Source: Euprymna scolopes (Eukaryota). Taken from it: 64,000 nucleotides of DNA. Within the stretch, counting starts at the first letter, position 1. Each line of letters opens with the position of its first letter. The notes beneath the pieces were generated by a model, which worked only from the letters and a program-made list of their open reading frames with translations, was not told the DNA's origin and ran no database searches. Below are positions 26,079-37,689 of this stretch, one piece after another. The position numbers and the translations under genes are program-made. The stretch lies in NCBI GenBank assembly GCA_053919585.1, contig CM132803.1; one strand, written 5' to 3'.

Positions 26079-26411
26079 CACCCCTATGGGACAAAAGCAG
26101 GTATGGCCCACTCCAAACCAAATCTGGCAGAACTATAAGAAAACCCTCACGATACAAAGACTGACCCAATTCCACAAACCAATGACATGAACTGTCACAA
26201 AAAAAAACAAAAAAAACACGCACACAAATATACACAATGAACTAAACAGTGGGGGTGATGTTGTAGTAATGGACTAAACCAGTTACCTCCCTGTGTATAG
26301 GCCCGGGTGTAAGCTTAACAGCCTAGCTCTCATGCTAAATGAACATCGATTTACTCGCTCCTCTGTTCGGCTCTATTTCCTATAAATAGCACTCCAATAA
26401 GTAACACTTCA
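26079..26411 (+). mobile_element. Plus-strand 3' end (integrase tail, PPT, LTR) of the same Mag-like family
   Basis: QTKSGRTIRKPSRYKD* tail; PPT-like gtgggggtga; LTR 26259-26411 is the reverse complement of 24373-24403 + 25953-26078. Confidence 0.8.
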
Positions 26412-26710
26412 GAAGCTCACTCGATAATTGTCACGGTAACTTTAAGCCATTAAAAATGAAATTTAATTATCCTAATTAGTTTAATGAACTTGAAAACATT
26501 ATAATTGTAATCTGTACAAAATTTCCTTCCATTTGATATGCTGCAAGCCATATTTTGTTAATAATTTCTTTGAATTGTGTCGTGGTAGCCATCTTGGATT
26601 TCCTGGTTGCCATCTTGGATTTTTCACAGTGTAATGATGACAAATGATAAAGTCCATCAGAATAACGTTTTGCAATGATGATAAAGTCTGTGGGGGACCC
26701 GGTGTGCAGT

Positions 26711-28033
26711 TTATATACTGGTTGTATAGTTGGATGCCCTCCTTGTAGTTTGCATGTAGGTACCGGTTACAGGAAATAGGCTGCATGTTTGATAAGCTGG
26801 ATAGTTGGAGGTCGTTGTTACTAGGACAGGAATTTGACTCTGAGTGGATGGAAGCGGAGGTGGAAGTGGTAGACCCCTGTGTTGTAAGTTATTTGGTCGT
26901 GGTACGAGCCGGCGGATGTGTCCGCAGTGAACCCAATTTGTTCTGCCGTTTTCATTTTTTACTAGGATCACCAACCCATTCGTTTTGGTGACTACAAAAT
27001 CACCTATCCAGGGCAGGTGTGACGAGTGGGCTATTGTGGATTTTGGTCGGTGGAGTAGCACTCTGTCGCCAACCCGTATAGGGTCTTTAAAGGTGCCTCG
27101 GTTTAGTTTGGCTTCCATTTTTTGGTCAGCCTCATTGTTTGCCAGGGCAACCCGTTGGTGCACCTGTCGGAGCAAAGCGTTTATCTGCATACCATAAGCA
27201 CTTGGGTTGTTATTAACAATGTCTTGGTGGGAGATCTTTGGTAGACCGATGTGTGGTTGGCGGCCTGTGATAACATAGTGCGGGGATGCGCTAGTGGCAG
27301 TGTTGGCTGTGGCATTCATTGAGGATACTACAGATTCGAGGACGTCCGTCCATTCACAATTTCTATCCTCGCAGATCATGTAGAGAGCATTCTTTAAAGT
27401 CCGATGTTGCCTCTCGATGTTCCCTGAGCTCTGTGGTCGCCATGGGCAGTGAAGTTCCTGGGTGATCGAGGTTAGTTCGCAGAAATCCTTGTAGACCTCA
27501 CCAGTGAAGTGAGTTCCTCGGTCGGAGGAGACGATGCGGGGAATCTCGTTGTGACAAAGAAAGAACTGATAGATCCCTCGAGCTGCGTCGATTGCACGGT
27601 CTCTGGTGCATGGTATGGCCATGAGGTGATGGCTGAAGCTGTCTAGAATAGTTACTATGTACCATTTGCCCTTTGAGAAAGGCATTGAGACAAAATCTAT
27701 GTAGACAACTTCGAATGGTTTTCCTCCTCTCCTGCAGTGGCCCATGGGCCAGTTTTGGTGCATGCCATAGTTTCCCTTGCGTTTAGCGCAGGTCTGGCAT
27801 GACTGGACATATGCCTTGATATCGCTATCTTTTAATTCCCACCAGTAGCTGGCTAGGTGCTCCTGCATGCGGGTAATCCCAGAGTGGTTGATACAGTCAT
27901 GGGCCTGGTGGAGATATTTTGCGCGGAGCTTGTAGGGTACTACCAATTTTGGTGTGTTCGTAGCGTCCCTGATCATCAGTACAGAAGTACCAGGTTCCAA
28001 GTAGAATTGGTGCATGTGCTTGTTGTACAGCAC
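26711..28033 (-). CDS. Gypsy-type integrase (uninterrupted 440-aa ORF, isolated fragment)
   Basis: HDCINHSG...CQTC zinc finger; YIDFVSMP, SSDRGTHF, QSSGNIERQHRTLK catalytic motifs; IRVGDRVLL C-terminal module. Confidence 0.85.
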   Translation of the reverse strand: MLYNKHMHQFYLEPGTSVLMIRDATNTPKLVVPYKLRAKYLHQAHDCINHSGITRMQEHLASYWWELKDSDIKAYVQSCQTCAKRKGNYGMHQNWPMGHCRRGGKPFEVVYIDFVSMPFSKGKWYIVTILDSFSHHLMAIPCTRDRAIDAARGIYQFFLCHNEIPRIVSSDRGTHFTGEVYKDFCELTSITQELHCPWRPQSSGNIERQHRTLKNALYMICEDRNCEWTDVLESVVSSMNATANTATSASPHYVITGRQPHIGLPKISHQDIVNNNPSAYGMQINALLRQVHQRVALANNEADQKMEAKLNRGTFKDPIRVGDRVLLHRPKSTIAHSSHLPWIGDFVVTKTNGLVILVKNENGRTNWVHCGHIRRLVPRPNNLQHRGLPLPPPLPSTQSQIPVLVTTTSNYPAYQTCSLFPVTGTYMQTTRRASNYTTSI

Positions 28034-28057
28034 GTCGACATAAGGGCAATCGTATGA

Positions 28058-29078
28058 CTAGTGGAATTTGCAGCCACATTTAAAACACACCGTAGTGTTG
28101 CCCGCAGGTCCACGCGGGTTCATTTTGATTTTGTCAGTGGAGCGTGCTTTGTTGTTGTTTTGTCGTTTTCCGCCGCGATGTGTTTTTCCTCGCTGACTAC
28201 TAAAATGCTGATCACCGCGGTGCATAGCGCGACCATAGTACACCTAACTGGGTTCGTTTTTATCTTCAGTGTAGGCAATAACACCTTCCTTCTTAACCAC
28301 AATGGGTGTTGAATTCATAGATGAAGTGTCAAACGGCAAATCTTCTTTAACTGGGCCGACATGGAAACGAGTGTCAGTTCGCCGACTGTCACCTTGACTA
28401 GTCTTTCATTTTCAGGGGTGAGGGAGGCACTCTTTAATGCCCTGAATGCAAGTACCGGTTCAGGCAGGATAATATTGAAATCTTTCAACTTGGCAACGTG
28501 TCGGCCGAAGTTAATAAGGAAGTCTTCCACTGATGTATCGGGTTGTCTCAGGTATCCTTCGAAAGTCTTGTAGGCCAGAAAAGCCGGCTGGTTTATCTCT
28601 TTCAAAAAAAGGGTGTCCAATTTTTCATATAATTTGGGCATTCCATCCACAGAATTAAGAGTCGCAACATCTAATTCCAATACAGCTTCTCTGGGTTTTT
28701 CTTCCAGAGAAAGAAATACTATGGGAGCGCATTTTGTCTTGTCAAGCGACGTGGCCATTTCCCAGATTTGCATTTCTTTTTTCCGCGTGCTGTATTTGTC
28801 TTTAATTAAGACGGGCGGTGAAATGTGTTTTGAAGCCATAGTTGCGTTTTGCTCTGCTACCAGTGTTAGTAGTCGAACACAAGACTGTTAATACGTATAA
28901 AGAAGTATATCAACATATAAATGACGGACTCCGACAACAGATACGGAGAGAATATTTTATTCGACTCCTCACTAACTCCCGAGTATATACAACAATGGCC
29001 GCTTCCCCACTTCCAACCGGAAACCGCCTCACTCGCAGGGAGAGTCTCTTCAGGGGAGATCACTCACACAGATTAACA
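28058..29078 (-). mobile_element. Copia (GalEa-like) 5' end: LTR, PBS, gag
   Basis: LTR 28864-29078 TGTTA...TAACA; PBS TGGTAGCAGAGC (tRNA-iMet, 28851-28862); gag SPPVL..Y..KKEMQIWEMATSLDK..APIVFLSL; knuckle CFKCGCKFH. Confidence 0.75.
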
Positions 29079-29719
29079 AGAAGAATTATTATCTTTTTTT
29101 TTTTTTTTTTTTTTAACAAATCCTTTGAGGGTTTACTCAGCAAAGCTAAGACGATGGGGGAGGGGGCAAACAAACAAGAAATAAAAAAGTAACATACATT
29201 AAAATTCCCTTTTTTTGTTTAGTCCTTTTTCTCCTTTTTTCCTTTGAGGAAATGTCTCTCGGGTCTTGTGCAAGAGTTTTCCTTTTCACTTCCCTCTCTG
29301 ACAGTTTTCTTCTCACATGCTCCTCTTCGACTTCTCTTCCTCAAAATGGTTCCTCGGAATCTTCTGAAATTTTCCTTTTCAAAAGGTATTTAAACAAATG
29401 ACTTCACCTTCTGTAAGCCTTCTTGCTATTTAATTGACGGTACCCTTTTGAAGGATAGTTTTCAGACACTTTTAATTCCACCTTTGTGTAAGGCCTTTAG
29501 CCTTTTAATTAAAGGGAAATGATACATTGAAACTTCAACGGAGCACCCATCGTCACGTCGAGGTACTGACGAAATTGTAGTAACTGGAATTGGAGGAAGG
29601 GGACGGGCAATTGGAGGAAGGGGGCGTGTAAAGATTCCTTGAGTACATTGTCATTAAAACACCTACCTTTCCCTCACATGAAAAAATACAAGATCCGGAT
29701 AGCTAATCCTGACAGTGGC

Positions 29720-32170
29720 AACATGCTGACCTCATCCCACCTCCACCCAGTTTCATAGTAAAAGAGTTAAAAAGGAATAAAAATTCTTAAAGCCCCTCGG
29801 TCAGAATGTATATAGGTATGGAACTCCAAAGACAGTGAATAGTGAGCAGAGGCATTATAGAATTACCGTAGCCGATATGTCTGAGCAAGGGAAGGCAAAA
29901 GGAAACCATGAATATTCATCGACAACAGTTAATATATATTGGTTCTTTGTTTTGCTTGGTAGCGGTCCTTTAAAATCAAGATTAAGTCTTTCGAGCGGTT
30001 GTGTTGCTTTTAAAATGCCAGTTTTGGATTTCTAAAACTGAGGATTTATATCAGCACACGTTCGGCAAGAATTTGTAATTCTTTTTACCACCTCCACTGA
30101 GAAAGGTAAGTTTCTACACCTCGCAGCATGAACCATTCAGGCAATGCCCGGGTGATTGTTATGTAGTGTTCGGAGTTTGTCTCCACTTGATGCTGTACAG
30201 CATACTCTTGGCAGTGTATCAACTGTTAAGTTCTACTTGCCTGGTCGGTATCTCCACCTCGTTATTTTCTCATTCTTGATTTTGCTTGTAGTCTTACAGT
30301 TGAACATAAAAGCAACTGATTTTTGGTCAATAATAAGTTTAAAGTGGCGTCCGATCAGGTAGTGCTGCCATTTTCTTTATACCTCAACTATGGCATAGGC
30401 TTCTTTTTCAATTGCGGGGTGTCGTTGTCCAGCTTGTGAGAGGGTTCTTGAAAAAAAGGCTACAGGAGGATCAGCTTGTCTCAAAGAAGCAGCAATAGCA
30501 CAGTCTAACACATCTGTTTCAACAACCAGAGGAATATTTTGGTCTATTGTTGTAATTGCTGATTTCGCAATATCCTTTTCAGTTCTTCGAATGCCTCAAT
30601 GGCTTGATGAGACAGAGGAAACGTCTCTACTTGTGTTAATGGATGTATCTTTTCTGAGAACTATGCAATCCATTGGGAGTAGTAAGCAAACATGCCGATA
30701 GCACGTCGAAGGGAAAGCCGATCGTGAGAGACAAGCATCTGGAGTAAAGTTGTCAATCAATCTGCGTCTGGTGCTATAAAACTTTTACTTATGGTATACC
30801 CCAATAGGTTTATTTTGTCCCGTCCAAATGAGCATTTGTCGTTGTTTAGGGTATGGTTGTATTTATGAACAGTGGACATGAACCATCTGAGATTTTCTTT
30901 GTGCTCCTTTTTATTATGGCCACATACTGTGACTTTATCAATTTGATTTGGTCAACTATTCTTTGGAAGCTGGCTACCCTATTTGAAAAGAAATCCTGCA
31001 AAATTGATATAGTCAACCGTTCGCCTTGAAAGCTGTTTATAGCTTGTCTCTAGCGGTCTTATGGTACATGCTTTTCAAGTCCAGAGTGCTAAACATATGA
31101 TATTTGGCTATTTTGACTATCTTTTCATCTTTCCTGGGTAGTGGGAAGGCGTCCAAAAGAGTAAATCTATTTATGGTTTAGGAGTAATCTATAACCATTC
31201 TTTTTTTATGGTTTTCAGAAGTGGTTATAACTACCTGAGCCCTCCAAGGGTGATTTGCTAGGCTCAATTATACCGTCCTTGAGTAGTCATTTTATCTCGG
31301 AGTCAATGAATTTTTTATTATTATAAGAAAAACGCCTGCTTCTCACTGCTATGGGCTTGCAGTTTTCAGTTAGGTTTTTTTTTTTGCCAATCCACAAATT
31401 TTCAATGCAGGCATTGAACCACCAAACGGAATTTCAATCTGTGAGTGTTGTTGCAAAAAATCGTGTCCCAGTATTATTTCGCAACAAAGGTTTTTGATTA
31501 CAGATAATTTAGTGGTTTTATAGGACATGTCATTAAATAGCAAGTCCACCAAACAATAACAACTTACTTGGGTAGACAATGACGCATTTGCCATTGTTAC
31601 TCTGCTGAGGGAGAGGGCAAAATACAGTTTATTGGTTTTTACCAAGCTTTCTTTGATAAAATTTTCTGAGCTCTCGGTATTGAGCAAAGCATTCATAGAT
31701 CTTCCATTAATTTTAACTTTTACAATAGTTTTTGAAAGGCAGTCAAGGGAGGCGGCTAAAGTTGCAGATGTATTTTGATGTAGCTTTGTATAGGATTTTA
31801 GAAGACTTGTATACCTTTAAAAAATTATCAAGTTTTCCACATTTATAACAGTAAGTATCTCTGGCAGGGCATGAAACTCGTAGGTATTTAGATAAGCCAC
31901 AAAAATAGCAGGTGTCCCTTTTTAAAGCGGCAATGACCGATTGTTCTTGAAGCTTCGTTGTCATGAGGCAGGGCAGTAGGAATAGGTGGGTTTAGTGTGG
32001 CAACCATGTTTGGCTGTAAATAAGAACTAGACTGCTGTATAGCACATTAGAAGGTATAGTCTTGCTCATAAGCTGTTCTAAGTGTAAAGGTCTTATTCTC
32101 AAAAAGACATTGAGCATTACATAAGCCATTAATGAAGGCGTTCAAAATGTGTTGCTCTAAATTCAACACA
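29720..32170 (-). mobile_element. Heavily degraded Gypsy, related to 11783-15175
   Basis: Gag CYFCGLSKYLRVSCPARDTYCYKCGK; PR ALLNTESSENFI..IILGHDFL; RT AQVVITTSENHKKRMVIDYS; RH and IN remnants. Confidence 0.8.
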
Positions 32171-32908
32171 GAAAATATGTGCATTTTGATTGGCTAGAAA
32201 GTCAATAACCTCTTTCATGTGGGGTGTCTTCAGCTACATCCGCCGAAGAATGGGTTTGATTGGGTCAGTGGCTGACGAAATATTTTCGTTTTTTATATGT
32301 TGGCTAGAAGGGTGCATAAAGGTGCATGCGTGAGAGGTGAATTTTACGCGTTGTGTCTAAGGGAGTCGAGATGTCAACATCCAGTTGTGTTGTGTGCTAT
32401 TGTTTTTAGTTGAGTAGCCCACACCATTGTTTGCTAGGGTGACGGTGAGGCTATGATATGGCTCCCTTCTTAGAAAATTGATTGGGAAAATCAATTCAGT
32501 AATAAATATATGTTTTAAAGTTGTCAGGAAACTAAACTATTCTTCCTGATTTGGTGCGGATGATGGGTTTGGGTGCTTCTACACAATGATAAGACAGCAC
32601 ACCATGTTTTATTTGAATACTGGGTCAGCGTTTACTTTCGATGAGAAATATTTTCATCTCAGGGCTCTGACAAATGTCTGTACAGAGAAACTGGAGACTC
32701 CCAAAGATGGTGTCTAGTAGGCATTAAGTTTCTCCCCCTGTCTAGTAGACATTCATGTCTTAACAAATCTAATTTTATTGAAAAAGAAGATTCACATATT
32801 TCACAAATATATGATTTCTCTCTTTAATTTTTTATTTTGTTTTTGTTGGAGCTATGGCAGTCCACCGGATGCCAGTCATTTACCTGCTATTTCAAACACT
32901 CCAAACGA

Positions 32909-35900
32909 TGTGACACTTACGTCACCCGCGCGTCGTCCAGTGGTGGAATGACCCCGGTTGTCGGTTCTGGTGTTTCCTCGGCGATGATGTCAACGGCCGG
33001 TATCCTGAAACAGACTTGTCATGCAAAACAATTGAAAGGACCAAGTCAACAAGCGTTTCCTTTTGTACAAACTTCCTTGTATTTCGACAACAGTACAATC
33101 GCAGCTAGCTGTTCAGTTAGGGACTGGCCACTTGTTAACTGCGAGGTTTTCTCTTCTCTCTCCGACAGAAAACTCAATTATCTACGTGATAGGGTCAATC
33201 GATGGGGGAATCTTCGTTCGTCGGACCCAAGGAAGCAAAGCTCTCTCTCTATATTTCTAGGCTCTATAGAGGTCGTCTCTCTCGTCTTAAACCTTCGCTC
33301 AGTGTCGTCCCTATAGTCGTCAGGAACTCTGTCCTCATCTCGCGTTTGACTACCCCCGGGATTCTTTATCTTTTCACCCGTCTCCTTCATCCAAACTTGG
33401 TCACCCTGTCTTAACTGTCTAGTAAACGCTGCCTTTCTTTCTTCTGGTCCTATTAGTCCTATCGGCCGTCGCCTTGAGGACCGTCCCTGATTCTCGGACT
33501 ACTGGATCTGTAGGAGTTACTTCCTTCTTATTAACCTTATACGTCGCTACCCGTTTGACTTGGGACAATTTTCCTCCCTGTTCCTTGGTGCTATCCACCT
33601 TGCCCATACAGGCCCCGACCGTTCTTGGGGAAAGCTTCCTGTTGCTGTCAGCTCCCATAGGGAGAGGGACAGACCTTGTGTCACCTAGTGGTATCTTCAC
33701 CCCTCTCACCGTTAGCGCGTCTGGATTAAAACTCAGAGTGGCTCCCCTCGCTCGGAGCCAATCCTCTCCCAGAATTATTTCGTTGCATAGCCCGGGTACC
33801 ACATACAGGGGGAAATTCTCTTTCTTTCCGGCCACTCGTACGGGTAGCCATACCTTCCCTGTCACCGACATCCAGCTACCGTCGGCCTGACTGAGCCCCA
33901 CATCCGATGGGTACAACCTTCTCCTCCCTGCCACAGTCCGACAGACGTCCGCGTCTATTAGGGATATTATTGCTCCGGTGTCAACCAGAGCCTTCACCTG
34001 CATGGCTCCTATCGTCACATTACAGGTGAGTTCTCCCTTTTTTGTGAGCGGAGGGGACACCTGGGCTCTCCTCTTTTCCTGTTTCAGGGTTCTCTCCTGG
34101 TACCCCGCTCCCGTGAGCATCGCAACTTGTGACAGTGGTTTCTTTCCAACCCTACCTGTCTGCCCTACCTCTCTTTCTCTACAGATTCGCCGAGGGGGTG
34201 GGGTTTGGTTCTGATTCCCTCTCTCCAGAGGATCTTTCGCCCTCAGGTGGCTTTTTCCTCGGTCAGGACAGTCCCTCCTAATATGTCTCAGGTCTCCACA
34301 CCGCCAACACCTGTGGGACTGGTGGCTGTAGGAGAAATGGTCAATTTTACCTCCTCTCTGACACGCGTTCAGTTCGGTCTTTACGATGCCCACTCTTACT
34401 CTCCCATTCTGTCGGGGTGTCTTCTCGTGGACAGTGGGGCACTCTCTCGACCTGTGGCCCTCGCCGCCACAGTTCCAGCACACCAATCCAGGCTGGCCCC
34501 GGGCGAGTCCTCCGGCCCCATATCTCATTCTGTTCCCCAGTTCCCCGCTCCTATTTCGCGACTCCTCTCCCATTATTCTTTTCTGCAACCACGCATAGTT
34601 CTTAGCTATTTTGCGTGCTTCTTCTAGAGTGTCTGGGCAACTCTTTAGCACCTCTATTTTGGTCGCTTCGTCCCGCACTGCATCCACCATCGTGTCAACT
34701 AGCATTGCTTGGGTCGTGGGCATATCGCGGTGTTCGGTCACCGGATACGCCAGGACCGCCAGTTCTTGCATGCGGTCGACCAGTCTATCCACGTCTTCCC
34801 CGTCGGCCATCTCTATTCGAGACAGCTCGCGCACCGCCTGCACTGTTGTCTTTTCGCCGACGAATTTCCTCTTCACCTGATCGCGAAAATCAGACCAGGC
34901 TATGCCCGGGTTACTTTCCAGGCATTTGCATATATATTCTGAGGCCGCTGCGACTGCTCCGTCACAGGCAAGCAGCACCATTTCTCTATCGGTCAACCCA
35001 TATACTAATCTTTTTTTTTCTATTATCGCCAACCACTCCTTGACTCCCCTCGGGTCTCCCCCTATGCGGGTACGCTGATTCCCCACAGTGGCCGCTCCAT
35101 GGTCATCTGCAGCTCAACAGTCTGCCCTGACCCTTCCCCCATCGACTGACCCGCCCCGAATCCTTCCTGAGAATACATTATGTTATTATCTATTTTTTTT
35201 TTCACTCCTACCACTCCTCGCCCCCTACAAGGTGTAACAGCGCCCAACACAAAACACAGACAGCCGCTGAAAGCAAAGCATACAAAAGAGGGAACCAGCA
35301 AAAAAAATGGACTTACCCGGTCTGATGCACTTGTGTTCTTCTGCGACTGGTGGATGAGAATGACTAACGAGCTGTTCAGACTTTATAATCAGTTGATTAA
35401 AGTTCGTCGTCTGGCTTCACTCGTGGCGTTTTTTTTTTTTTTCCTTCTTCTTTTTTCTTTTTTTTTTCAAGATGCGCTTTGGTTTCGAGTTTACTTTCTT
35501 TCCTTTTTTTCTTTTTTTTTTTCAATTTTGGCTTTCTCTCTTTTTCTCCCTCCTTGTTTTGTTCGTTTTCTTTTTCTTTTTTTTCAACTTTCCCTTCCCA
35601 CTCTCACAGGGAGATCTTGTGCCTTCGAGAGAGAAAAGAAAAAAAATTGTGTGCCCGTGGAAATTCGTTCGCACGTTTCCTACCGAAACGAGGTATCACA
35701 GGTCGTCGGCACCAGTTATGTGACTCTTACGTCACCCGCGCATCGTCCAGTGGTGGAATGACCCCGGTTGTCGGTTCTGGTGTTTCCTCGGCGATGATGT
35801 CAACGGCCGGTTTCCTGAAACAGACTTGTCATGCAAAACAATTGAAAGGACCAAGTCAACAAGCGTTTCCTTTTGTACAAACTTCCTTGTATTTCGACAA

Positions 35901-36736
35901 CAGTACAATCGCAGCTAGCTGTTCAGTTAGGGACTGGCCACTTGTTAACTGCGAGGTTTTCTCTTCTCTCTCCGACAGAAAACTCAATTATCTACGTGAC
36001 AGGGTCAATCGATGGGGGAATCTTCGTTCGTCGGACCCAAGGAAGCAAAGCTCTCTCTCTATATTTCTAGGCTCTATAGAGGTCGTCTCTCTCGTCTTAA
36101 ACCGTCGCTCAGTGTCGTCCCTATAGTCGTCAGGAACTCTGTCCTCATCTCGCGTTTGACTACCCCCGGGATTCTTTATCTTTTCACCCGTCTCCTTCAT
36201 CCAAACTCGGTCACCCTGTCTTAACTGTCTAGTAAACGCTGCCTTTTTTTTCTTCTTGACCTTCCTGGTCCTATTAGTCCTATCGGCCGTCGCCTTGAGG
36301 ACCGTCCCTGATTCTCGGACTACTGGATCTGTAGGAGTTACTCCCTTCTTATTAACCTTATACATCGCTACCCGTTTGACTTGGGACAATTTTCCTCCCT
36401 GTTCCTTGGTGCTATCCACCTTGCCCATACAGGCCCCGGCCGTTCTTGGGGAAAGCTTCCTGTTGCTGTCAGCTCCCATAGGGAGAGGGACAGACCTTGT
36501 GTCACCTAGTGGTATCTTCACCCCTCTCACCGTTAGCGCGTCTGGATTAAAACTCAGAGTGGCTCCCCTCGCTCGGAGCCAATCCTCTCCCAGAATTATT
36601 TCGTTGCATAGCCCGGGTACCACATACAGGGGGAAATTCTCTTTCTTTCCGGCCACTCGTACGGGTAGCCATACCTTCCCTGTCACCGACATCCAGCTAC
36701 CGTCGGCCTGACTGAGCCCCACATCCAACAGGTACA
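32909..36736 (-). mobile_element. Non-autonomous Gypsy (gag-PR only) with ~1.0-kb LTRs that overlap its coding region
   Basis: Direct repeats 32909-33915 and 35719-36736 (~98-99% identical); TG...CA; TSD ACGA (32905-32908, 36737-36740); PBS-like TGGTGCCGACGACC (35701-35714); purine tract GGCAGGGAGGAGAAGG abutting the 3' LTR. Confidence 0.9.
33419..35086 (-). CDS. Gag-protease polyprotein (555-aa open frame; true start probably ~35178 before a 1-nt frameshift)
   Basis: Two CCHC knuckles (CWNCGGEGHRSREC, CWRCGDLRHIRRDC); aspartic protease ALVDTGA...IILGEDWL; no RT, RH or IN core. Confidence 0.8.
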   Translation of the reverse strand: MGNQRTRIGGDPRGVKEWLAIIEKKRLVYGLTDREMVLLACDGAVAAASEYICKCLESNPGIAWSDFRDQVKRKFVGEKTTVQAVRELSRIEMADGEDVDRLVDRMQELAVLAYPVTEHRDMPTTQAMLVDTMVDAVRDEATKIEVLKSCPDTLEEARKIAKNYAWLQKRIMGEESRNRSGELGNRMRYGAGGLARGQPGLVCWNCGGEGHRSRECPTVHEKTPRQNGRVRVGIVKTELNACQRGGKIDHFSYSHQSHRCWRCGDLRHIRRDCPDRGKSHLRAKDPLERGNQNQTPPPRRICREREVGQTGRVGKKPLSQVAMLTGAGYQERTLKQEKRRAQVSPPLTKKGELTCNVTIGAMQVKALVDTGAIISLIDADVCRTVAGRRRLYPSDVGLSQADGSWMSVTGKVWLPVRVAGKKENFPLYVVPGLCNEIILGEDWLRARGATLSFNPDALTVRGVKIPLGDTRSVPLPMGADSNRKLSPRTVGACMGKVDSTKEQGGKLSQVKRVATYKVNKKEVTPTDPVVRESGTVLKATADRTNRTRRKKGSVY

Positions 36737-36789
36737 ACGAGAGATCAATTTAAGATTTTAACAGTCTGTTTAAGTGCAATTGTTTGTAT

Positions 36790-37560
36790 CTCTCTTAGAC
36801 TTACAATGATACAGATTTGATTGGGGCGATTTGTGAGGTCTCTGACAGTTGGAAGTGGTTTAATGGTTTTGTAGTAGAGCCCAGAATCAACAGGCATTCA
36901 GTCAAGTCATTTAGGGTTAGTAGAGAATTAATTTCTGTCAAAAGTTTATTTTGATGGGAGGTATCCCATAAGTTGGCTATCATATGCTCAGAGAATGAGG
37001 TTGTACATTGTTGGTTGCTGCAACTACATTGTCTTTTGAAGGTGCAGATGCTTATGATTTCAATCGGGAAATGAAGGACATGATAGTTTCCCCATCACCT
37101 TGCCTCATCACAAAGAATTGTTGACAGTATACCTCAGGGTGGATGGATTTCACTGCAATTGATTTAATATATCCTAGCAGTTGTTCCTCTGTGGAATTAT
37201 TTAGGGCATCTGGACCAATGAAATTAAACAGCATTTCATTAACACACAAACTGTATGTGGATCCTTTATCGTTTTCGGTTTCTGTCGGATCAGTGAGTTG
37301 TGTCATCTCTTTGTAGCAGAACCACATATTTTGGAAGATAATGCATTTATTATCTGAGGAGTTTGGTCCTGTAACTGAATGCTTGGATTTCATGGTGAGG
37401 GTGTGTTTTGTTTGGCAGATAATAAACATGCCATAAAGTGTATTATTCATTCGTGCATGGCAAGCTGTTGTTGCTGCATTTGTATCAAGAAAGTTATCAG
37501 CTCGACTTTGGTCTGTTTTGATGAGCGTTTGTATGAGTTAGACATTTTTAGTAGGTATTG
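36790..37560 (-). mobile_element. Gypsy gag fragment
   Basis: TEEQLLGYIKSIAVKSIHPEVYCQQFFVMRQGDGETIMSFISRLK capsid-like motif. Confidence 0.7.
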
Positions 37561-37689
37561 TAGCTAAAAAATTCAAAATATATACAATGTAGAAGCGCTA
37601 CTGAATAGGGTTTAGGTGTAAATATGGAGGTAAGGGTTTAAGAGATATTTAAATTTCTGATGTGTGTCAACTGGTTTTGTTGCATATCT

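Noticed and set aside
35180-36126. Phe/Leu-rich plus ORFs as membrane proteins
   Set aside because: They arise from T-rich leader sequence of the minus-strand element.
32909-36736. 1-kb direct repeat as an assembly artefact
   Set aside because: The copies differ by about a dozen substitutions and an indel, and are bounded by TG/CA, a TSD, a PBS and a purine tract.
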